Positions 1-8,433 of a stretch of DNA of 11,160 nucleotides are shown in pieces. The stretch spans positions 1 through 11,160 of the forward strand of contig JAAOMT010000242.1 of the NCBI GenBank assembly GCA_016748015.1. The letters are read 5' to 3'. The DNA comes from Geosiphon pyriformis uo1. Lineage: Eukaryota; Fungi; Glomeromycota. Below the pieces are notes generated by a model. It was not told the origin of the DNA, ran no database searches, and worked only from the letters and a program-made list of their open reading frames with translations. The position numbers and the translations under genes are program-made. The stretch's first letter is position 1. Every line of letters begins with the position of its first letter.

Positions 1-590
1 GCTAATAAAGAACAATGGCTATGATTGAAGCCTAAAGTTTGTAAGCTGATTCAAGAAAAAATTGTAATTTCTCAATCTAAACTTTCAAATTAACATCAAG
101 GCCATAATGTAATACTTAAAGAAATTAACAAAACACTCAAATTGTTGATTCCTTCTACACCTTTACAACAGCATTAGGAAATTGCAACATTTAACTGTAT
201 CAAATTTAAGAGATTGTATACTAACTTCTTTAATGTCATCAGATATTCTAAAAGTAAAATATACAGGTCTTGTACATGTTTTAGCTTTATTGCTGAATCA
301 AATTAATTTTGAGTTCAGATAAAAAAAACACAGTTTGTAAATCCAAATGTCTCTAATTGTGTTTTTCATGATATTGGTCATAAATAGATATTAAGCAAAG
401 AAATGAAAAAATTCAGTAAAATTACATGAATGAAAAAAATAGACTTTCTTAAAACAAGACAAATTAAGAAAACATTGTTAGGTACTTGGAAACCAATTCC
501 AGTAACAAGTGAAGAAACAGATCATCAAAAAATGTAAATTTGTTAATAAAATTACAACTATTATCTATTATTAACTCTCTAATACTTCTT
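1..590 (+). pseudogene. Decayed ORF of unknown function, 5'-truncated by the window; probably a relic of another repeat or transposon
   Basis: Frame +1 reads as protein-like sequence for about 178 codons (ANKEQWL*LKPKVCKLIQEKIVISQSKLSN*HQGHNVILKEINKTLKLLIPSTPLQQH*EIATFNC...GTWKPIPVTSEETDHQK). Its internal stops (TGA, TAA, TAG) are each one transition from CGA, CAA or TGG. There is an apparent frameshift near 535. I recognise no family, and the 3' end is approximate. Confidence 0.5.
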
Positions 591-1017
591 TTAAGTGATC
601 ATATTTTCAAAGCTTATCAAGTTAATTGTATGACAGCCTAATAAATATCCTTTAAGAAGTTAAAAATATATTGTATTGTGTACAGTTTTGTTTATGTTGA
701 GTTGGATGTATTACTATTTATAATTAGCATTTTTAAAACATGATATGTTGAGTCTATATCCAAATTTTCATTCTGTGTAATTATGTTTGGATTATGAAAA
801 GCATTCAACATGGATTTATTTGTCCCAAAAAAGTTGATTTTTAATACATCTTTAAAACTATCAGTCAAACTTTTGCTCACTAATACTAAATATTGATCAA
901 ATAATGAATATAATTGCTAGTATAGAGCCCTTTTTTAATCACGGATGCCAAAGTTGGTGTGAAAATGTATTTATTGGATATATATTAGAATCTTTATGCT
1001 CTGAGTTTTGTTACTGG

Positions 1018-1515
1018 TCACATTTCTTTTCTTAAAGAAAGGTAAATTTGAACTCTGTTCCCAGTTGATTTGGTCGAACAATGTCCTATTAACAAACTTG
1101 TTTCTAGAGAATCCCATTGGACCATTATTCTTGTTTGTAGATCTGTTAATTCCTTTTTCCAATATGGAAAAAAAGTAATCTTGTTAGCCAAAGTTTGATC
1201 TAGAGTAACTTTATCAATACTTGTAGCAACAGCCTCCAAAACACTACTAGCCTCTAAAGCACCACCAGTCTCCAAAGCACCAAGAACAATAGTACTATAC
1301 CATATGTCAACTATTATTAAAACTCTCATAATATCCGCAAACAAGCCAGATATAATAGTTCTATTATTGTCTTCTAATGACAGTAGTAGCTTATAAAGAA
1401 GAAGAGTAATTGAATGTTGTAATATTTCAGAAATTTTGTTTAGTGTTCTATAATTGTTTCCAGAAACTTCTCTAATTTTTTTTACTACTATAAAAAGAAT
1501 GATTTCTGTTGACAA
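1018..1515 (-). CDS. Possible hypothetical ORF or gene fragment (165 aa, non-ATG start)
   Basis: Longest ORF in the track and unusual for this AT content. It contains an in-frame 6-aa repeat (LGALET-GGALEA-SSVLEA). No recognisable domain. Confidence 0.25.
   Translation of the reverse strand: MSTEIILFIVVKKIREVSGNNYRTLNKISEILQHSITLLLYKLLLSLEDNNRTIISGLFADIMRVLIIVDIWYSTIVLGALETGGALEASSVLEAVATSIDKVTLDQTLANKITFFPYWKKELTDLQTRIMVQWDSLETSLLIGHCSTKSTGNRVQIYLSLRKEM
1231..1284. repeat. Three imperfect 18-bp tandem repeats
   Basis: agcctccaaaacactact / agcctctaaagcaccacc / agtctccaaagcaccaag. Confidence 0.8.
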
Positions 1516-1787
1516 TCAGAAAATCTCCCTGACTGTACATGTTTGATTAAATATGAGATAACATTTAATGTTTATATTTAATATCATATGATTATAGTGT
1601 AACTATAGAAAGTGAAAATTATTTATATTCTGCTATCATATTTGTGAAAATAAGGAATATAAGGAGATATATATAGTAAAAGTAACTATAAAAAGATAAT
1701 ATTATATATAAATGGTTTTGGTTTTTAAAAAAATGTGATTATAAGAAAATAGTGACTATAACCAGAGGAACTATAGAGAGAGTTCAC

Positions 1788-2071
1788 TGTAACTGGTAAA
1801 AAACCCAGGAATAAGAATAGAACACTCAAAGATTAAGGATAGCTTACCAGAAAAATTACCAGCTATTATGCTAAGAAAAAAATTTGATGGAATTGTGATT
1901 CCAGAAAGTGATAAATAAAACTACACTTGAATCTCTGTCTATTATACAAAAAACTCAATCAAAACTTTTAGACAACCAAAACCTTTAGATATTATCAACC
2001 TAATTCAGTTATCAAGTACCAAGTTATGAGTTTGTTATTTGATTTAAGACTCCAAATAATTACCTGTAACA
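1788..2071 (+). repeat. Candidate 5' LTR (about 284 bp)
   Basis: Ends TTACCTGTAACA at 2071, immediately before the PBS. TGTAACTGGTAA at 1788 matches the reverse complement of that end at 10/12 positions, giving TG...CA termini. A TATA/polyA-like GATAAATAAAA lies at about 1910-1920. The right end is well supported; the left end is not, because no second LTR is available and there is an alternative start at 1009. Confidence 0.45.
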
Positions 2072-2073
2072 TT

Positions 2074-2090
2074 TGGTGCTTCTTGTGAGA
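2074..2090 (+). promoter_or_regulatory. Primer-binding site, probably complementary to elongator tRNA-Met
   Basis: TGGTGCTTCTTGTGAGA starts 2 nt after the LTR-terminal CA. It resembles the reverse complement of eukaryotic elongator tRNA-Met 3' ends (TGGTGC-N5-GTGAGG pattern, recalled from memory). Confidence 0.65.
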
Positions 2091-2135
2091 TATAATTCAA
2101 CAGAAAACCAGCATCAATAACAATCATCTGAAACA

Positions 2136-4279
2136 GTGACAGAATCAGAAGAAATAAGAACAAACCACTTGAAATTTGCAAAATCTTTATTCTAGCATTA
2201 CAAAAGTCATCTCAGATTGACAAATAATAATTGGTCAGCAAAATTAGCTTTTAATTGCTATGTCAATGAAAAGATTATATATTATTTGGGAGGCCAAGGA
2301 GATCCAAAATTTGCCTTTAACAACTTTTTCAGTAAATTACTTCAAAGCATCATACTATCACAAAATTATCTATTTACACCACTAATTACAGAAATAAACA
2401 GAGAAATTAAAAAGTACACTAAACAAAAATTTTTTATTACTTTTGTTAACAAAGACAAAAGAAGATTACAAACACCAGCAGAAATTCCAAAACAAATACA
2501 ATTTGCTACATAGAAGAAACAGAGAGTGGATTCACTTGCTAATTTATTATATCATTACATACTCAGAAGTATTATCAATATAACATCAATAGACAAGTTC
2601 ACCACAAATGTGACAACACCACTAAACAGAATTCCATTCCAAAGTAAACAGAAAAAGCAAAGTTATTAGAAACCTATAGTGACTATTTTAAAAGATTTAA
2701 ATTACAATCTCCAATGCCATTAGAAGTTTGATTACCACTACCACAACCAGATTTTGGAGCTGCTAGTTCTTGAGAATTAACTGACTTTGAAGAAAAGGAA
2801 AATAACAATTAGGAAATTAATTATTTAAACCCAATTCCAGAAAATCTGGAAATTTAAACTTTAATTGTTCCAATTCAGCAAAATCAGAACAATCCAAATC
2901 CCACCATTATTAATCAATCAAACTTATCTCCAGAAATTATAATTAATCCACCATTAATTGTCCTGATTATTAAACAACAACACCAGCTACAACCATCATC
3001 TCAACAACAACTTCAACAGCAACCACCACCACAATTACAACAACAATTCATAATAGTACTAATAATCTATGCACTAATTGCCAAATTAAAAAAATTTACT
3101 AGCAAAGAGGATAATATTCAAACTTGGCTAAATGATGTTACCAAAGCAATAACAGTTAATAATTAGGATAACACCAGAGTTTTTCAAACAATTCCATATT
3201 TCTTGTAAGATACAGTTGACTTGTAGTACCAAAGCTTGGCACAGAAACTCCAAAATTTCAATAATTTCAAAGTAGAATTTTTGAAATATTTTAGTAATAA
3301 CAACAGCATCAATTGATTGGCAAATATCTTTACTACTATTAAACAAGAAAATACTGAAATCATCACTACTTATCTAAAATGCTTCCAACAAAATCTACAC
3401 CAAATTCAAGTCATTGATGCCAGTTATTTTACAGTAGCCCAAATTCTGAATCAATTTATTTACAGATTATGCAGCAGCATCCTACAACATGTACGTCTAT
3501 TACATTTAGCCATACTTTAAGCTGCAGTTACACATGCCAAAAACTTTGAATTAGCTGAACTCAAAGCCAATTATGCTCAAACTGTAAATTTAGTAATAAA
3601 CAGATTATCTGAATTGGATTCCAAATTGAAATAATTTATTAATTCAATTAACCAGAAATTGGAAGAATACTTAGTTAACAATTAGATTATTTATTAATTT
3701 CTACAATGATGTAATAATCAAGAAAACTCGAATTGTTTTCAAAACCAATCATATTTTTTATCATCAACCAATTAACTATAACAGCCAAAAATACTTACCT
3801 GCCATAATTGTAGTAAACTGCCATTATAATGGGAACTCATGATCAGAAAATCAATATTGAAACTTTGATTACTGATTTCAAACTCCATATTACTTACCAA
3901 TTAAGATCAATATTAACTCTATTACCCACAAATAACACAACAACCAATATACATACCTCCAATCTATTAAACACTAGCCTCAGTTATTTATCAACCACAG
4001 TCACCAGTAATGTATCAACAACTACTTATTTTAATACCACTATTAAACTCAGCTCAAATATCATCCAAAAATGCCAGACTAAGAATTACTTACATCCAAT
4101 AAAACTAGAAATTGGCAATAGTAATGTATTAACTGATTCCCAGTTTATCAAGTCAACCATCAGGATCTTGCTAACAGAGTTCAGGAATTGGGTATGTTCA
4201 AAACCCAAATTCCCAGAACTATTTAAGTCTTTTAATGACCCCAGAAAATGCCTCATTCAACAATTAAAAAACCAACTGA
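2136..4279 (+). pseudogene. gag: Gag region (N-terminal extension, Q/P tract, retrotransposon capsid domain at about 3065-3560, broken CCHC knuckle at 3800-3824, Q/P/Y-rich spacer)
   Basis: IAKLKKFTSKEDNIQTWLNDVTKAITVNN*...DL*YQSL...FNNFKVEFLKYF...IKQENTEIITTYLKCF matches the Retrotrans_gag/major homology region pattern. CHNC follows at 3800. It includes track ORFs 2217-2513 and 3317-3520. The start position is inferred. Confidence 0.85.
2975..3046 (+). repeat. CAA/CCA-rich low-complexity tract encoding poly-Gln/Pro in Gag
   Basis: caacaacaccagctacaaccatcatctcaacaacaacttcaacagcaaccaccaccacaattacaacaacaa = QQHQLQPSSQQQLQQQPPPQLQQQ. Confidence 0.8.
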
Positions 4280-4405
4280 ATGCTACTTACCAATAATATA
4301 CCTCTAGTAACTATTACTAATGACAAATTATTGGCTGCTATTTTTTTCTTTGAACTCAAAAAACCATCAGAAACTCTTTTATTCAGTGGAACCACTTTTA
4401 ATACA

Positions 4406-4770
4406 AAACCAATTATCACAATATATACCAATGCTAAAGTCAATGGTCAATTCATCAAATAATCTTAGACAGTAGTTCAGCAGACAGCATCATTACATGA
4501 CAACTTATAGACCAATTAAATCACCAAGTTGATTGTGCTGTCAGTGCCAGAATTATTACCACTAATAGAGCAATAAAAATGCCCATTGGAGAGATTGACA
4601 ACTTCTTTTTCAAAGTCATGGCATCATCATTTCAATCAAAGTATTGGTAATAAAAGCTACACAGTATCAAGCACTCATTGGTAATAACTGGCTGTCCAAA
4701 ACCAATGTAGTACTCAACTGGAACATCTAGAAGCTACAACTTAGCCAAAACAGCCAACACACATAAGTAC
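4406..4770 (+). pseudogene. Retropepsin-type aspartic protease domain (frameshifted)
   Basis: KPIITIYTNAKVNGQFIK, then a 1-nt frameshift, then ILDSSSADSII at 4462 (catalytic LDSG with G>A). The flap reads IITTNRAIKMPIGEI and the C-terminal motif ALIGNNWL starts at 4671. Confidence 0.88.
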
Positions 4771-5039
4771 TAGCAACTTGTAGTCATTTCAAGAGCACCA
4801 TGCCAGCACTGCTAACCAAATTCAAAAAAGAAACAACTAAACCTATTTAAGAAGCCTACCAAGTCTTATAGATTGATATTAACCACAATGAATTGCTGCC
4901 AATACTCTCTTGAAATGATAAGAAAAAAGAGAAAAAAGAAGACAAACTTAAAGAAACCACCACAAAAGAAATAACCAGTGGCTGGGAAAGGTTTTATTTA
5001 ACTGACATTAGACTAAAGCCACTGTATATACTACTTAGA

Positions 5040-5651
5040 TACAAAGACTATAAGAAAAAGCTGTCTTCTATGGGAGCTTGGGTTGTATCTAACAAAGATT
5101 ACTGAATACACATATACTATTACTGTAAGCTGTACTATTGTAAACACTATGGCTATCCAAAAAGACAAGGAAAGTAGAACAACAAATCATGTTTTGCTTA
5201 TGGGGAAACTTTTCTTGGCAAAGGAATATGGAATAACATTCCTGGTTGAAGAGAAACATGCAATATCTTGTGCCAATACATAATCCTTATAAATAATTAG
5301 ATCAGCAAAGAAACATCTTTTAATACTATATAGAACTGTGTTTTATTATACTTGGACAGTTATCTACATGATGAAAATAAGATCTGAAAAATAGCAAAAG
5401 CCAAAGTCAAAGATGTCTTACCTAGTAAAATTCTGGAAATAAAAAACAACCCACCAAAACCAATTGACATTATTCTTATTCTCAATTCAGATGTATTTCT
5501 TGATATCAAAACAGGCCCAGAAAAATTCCACAAACACTACCAAAACCTAGCATTAACCAAGAAAGAACAAAAACAATGGCTAAAACAATTAAATACACAA
5601 TTGTATAGATATTGCCTAATTCCCAATGATTTTGAATATTGTGATGATTGT
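5040..5651 (+). pseudogene. Cys-rich putative zinc-binding domain of unknown function inside Pol
   Basis: Paired Cys motifs, some decayed TGY>TAY: YKDY(5040)...CKLY(5124); CFAY(5190)...CNILC(5259); YRYC-x8-CDDC (5604-5651). The second copy restores several Cys (FLTC, CNALC, CKYC-x8-CDNC). Confidence 0.55.
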
Positions 5652-5735
5652 AATTTTGTTTACAATTCATTACCATGTATGATCTACACAATCTCTGAAG
5701 AAGACAAACCAATCAGCAGCTGCGAAATGGAATCA

Positions 5736-5870
5736 GAATTACTATTCAATTTCAATTCAAACTCTGATGACAATGACAAAAATAATGGTTCCAGTTCAGT
5801 CCAAAATAACAACACTAATAACAACAATTTAAACTCCAATTTAAATCTAGAACAATACATCACACTCCCT
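5736..5870 (+). repeat. Asn/Asp/Ser-rich low-complexity linker, present only in copy 1
   Basis: FNFNSNSDDNDKNNGSSSVQNNNTNNNNLNSNLNL within ORF 5601-5900. The 135 bp are absent from copy 2 at 7432/7433. Confidence 0.75.
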
Positions 5871-5924
5871 AATCTTTCTAAGGAGCAGAAACTAAAATAG
5901 TTCAATAATAATGATAAAAATATT

Positions 5925-6316
5925 ATGTCAAAACATGCACATAATACTAATGCAGAGTTTGATTTAAAATATCCAAGAAAAGATGTCATCAAATTAGAAC
6001 CACATTTGTGCATATGTATTGATCTAAAAGTAGCACTGGAAATTTTAGCAACAATAATGGTTCAACTAGTATTTAGGAGTAGTTTAATGAAAAAAAGAAT
6101 CAACATTAGAGAAAGAATAATTGATGCAGGATATATAGAAAATATCATTGCAATATTACAAAATGACTCAGAAAAAAAATATATTATTGAACCAAATAAA
6201 AAGATAGTACAGACAATATTTTTTTCTTTGGTTAAAATAGCTCAGTTAGTATTAGTAGAAAAAGAGAAAAATTAGAGATGACAGCAAAAGAAATAAGTGA
6301 ATTCAGATTCATAAGT
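5925..6316 (+). pseudogene. dut: Trimeric-type dUTPase domain, copy 1
   Basis: All five motifs are present in order with transition damage: I AEFDL (AGFDL), II RSSL, III RERIIDAGYIENI (GGIIDAGYxGNI), IV KIVQTIF (KIAQAIF), and V TAKEISEFRFIS (TARGxxGFGSTG) after a frameshift near 6265. Confidence 0.9.
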
Positions 6317-6872
6317 AGAATAAACATATTAGTTAACATGGCAAAAGAAGAAGTTATTGACAAGAGAGAAATTATTTCCACCTGTTAATCAATTTTTATT
6401 CTGCCATATGATCAGTACATATTAGTCATAGAAAAAAAAGTAAAGAATCAAGACCAAATTTTTGAAGTAGAAATCACAATTTGTAAATCAGAAAAGATTG
6501 GACTTACCAATTTTTACATACAAGCCAAAAGCCTAAAACACATAAAAATTCCCATTTACAACACAACTAGAAAAGTTATCAAAATACCAAAAAGAATCAT
6601 CATCAAATATATAAGCACAGAAGTTAAGAATTAACTACTAAGTATTATCCCAGATTTTCTACAACTTTGTGAATATATAGATATCACATTACAAACAATA
6701 TACAGACAAAAAAAATATTATTTGCTCCAATCAGAACAATTGGAACAAATGAACTTGGGAAACTTAGATCCACTCTAATGGATACAACTTAAAATATTAC
6801 TTAACAATTTTATTGATATTTTTGCCAGTAAAAATAAATTTGGCCAAACTGATATCATCCAGCATCAAATTA

Positions 6873-8432
6873 AGAACAATAAATCATTTCTTACTTGTGA
6901 GAAAACTTTACTTAACAAAAAAATATAGAATAACATTTTTGGTCAAGAAAAAATGTGTAATGCTTTATGCCAATATACAATTCTTATTAGTGACTAGATA
7001 AGCAGAAGAATGTTTTTTAATACTACAAAAAACCAAGCACTCTTATGCTTGAACAGTTATTTACATAATAAAGATAAGATTTGACAAATAGCAAGTATTA
7101 AAGTTAAAAGTGCTTTACTTAATGAGATATTCACAATTAAAAACAACCCACCAGAACTTATTAAAACCATTTTTATTTCAAACTCAGACAGCTTTGTTGA
7201 CATTTTGAGCAATTCAAAACAATTCTATAAATACTACCAAGATTTAATACTTACTTAAGAAGAACAAAAGCAGTATTTAAAGCAATTAAATACTAGATTC
7301 TGTAAATATTGTCTAATTTTCAATAACTTTAAATATTGTGATAATTGTGATCTTATTTACAATCTACTATTATGTATAATTTATTCAATTTTCAAAAAAA
7401 AAAAATTAATTAGCAATTGTACTTAGAAATCAAATTTATCAATAAAATAGGAACTTAAATAATTCAGTAATAATAATAAAAATATTATGCCAGAATGCAT
7501 ACATAATATAAATACAAAATTTGATTTCAGATATTCAAAAAAAACTGCCATTAGATTAGAATCTCATTCATATACCAGCATATATTTAAAAATAGCACTA
7601 GAAATTTTGGCAATAACAATAATTTAATTAGTGTTTAGATCTAGTTTAGTAAAAAAAAAATTAATATTAAAGAAGAAATAATTAATGCAGAATATGTAAA
7701 AAATATTATTGTAATATTACAAAATAAATTAGAGAAGACATATATTATCAAACCAAATAAAAAAATAACACAGGCAATATTTTTACCTCTGGTAAAAATA
7801 GCTCAATTAGTGTTAATAAAAACAAAAAAAAAGTTAAAAATAACAACAAGAGAAGAAAAATGATTTGAATTAACAAATAAAATAGAAGTATTAATTAATA
7901 TGACAGAAAAAAAACCATTAATTAGAGAGAAATAATTTCTATCAATTAATCAATTTCTATTCTACTATATAACCAATATATATTATCATAAAGAGAAAAG
8001 TAAAAGATTAACTCCAAAATTTAAATTAGAACTTATCATTTATAAATTAAAAAAGATTATTATTATCAATTTTTATATACTAACCAAAAACTATAAACAC
8101 ATTAAAATCTCAATACACAACACAATTGAAAACTTAATTAAAATATTAAATGAAATTATCATTAGATACTTAAGCATTGAAGTTGAAAACCAACTACCAA
8201 CCACCATTCCAAACTTTCTACAACTGTGTAAATATGTAAATATTATATCACAAACAATATATAGATAAAAAAAATATTATTTGCTATAACCAAAACAGTT
8301 AGAGCAAATAAACTTGAGAAACTTAGACTTATTTTAATATATACAGCTCAAAATGCTACTCAACAATTTCATTAATATTTTTGCCAGAAAAAACAAATTT
8401 GGAAGAACTAATATTATTTAGTACTAGATTAA
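6873..8432 (+). repeat. Internal tandem duplication, copy 2 (about 1.56 kb), continuing into RT
   Basis: Colinear with 5176-6872 apart from the 135-bp linker. It ends FARKNKFGRTNII*Y*IK and runs on into TGDTISIK at the RT N-terminus. Confidence 0.92.
7487..7878 (+). pseudogene. dut: dUTPase domain, copy 2 (more decayed)
   Basis: MPECIHNINTKFDFRYSKK...FRSSLVKK...EEIINAEYVKNIIVILQN...KITQAIFLPLVKIAQLV...TTREEK*FELTN, homologous to copy 1 throughout. Confidence 0.85.
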
Positions 8433-8433
8433 A

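Larger units (their letters stand above)
5176..6872 (+). repeat. Internal tandem duplication, copy 1 (about 1.70 kb: part of the Cys-rich domain, dUTPase, pre-RT linker)
   Basis: agaacaacaaatcatgttttgcttatggggaaac at 5176 aligns to agaacaataaatcatttcttacttgtgagaaaac at 6873. The copies stay colinear to FASKNKFGQTDIIQHQIK. Confidence 0.92.

Noticed and set aside
3829-4296. 155-aa + strand ORF (T/N/S-rich) as a real gene
   Set aside because: It is an off-frame reading of the Q/P/Y-rich Gag-protease spacer. The frame continuous with capsid and protease is a different one.
3128-6013. Minus-strand ORFs 3128-3346, 3184-3366, 5506-5712 and 5684-6013 (some hydrophobic, membrane-like)
   Set aside because: They are antisense shadows of A-rich Gag/Pol sequence. 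The hydrophobicity comes from T-rich codons.
5083-7001. ORFs 5083-5283 and 6813-7001 as a pair of small paralogous genes
   Set aside because: They resemble each other only because they are off-frame readings of the duplicated Pol segment.
5176-8432. The long direct repeats as LTRs
   Set aside because: They are adjacent, protein-coding, internal to Pol, and lack TG...CA ends, a PBS or a PPT.
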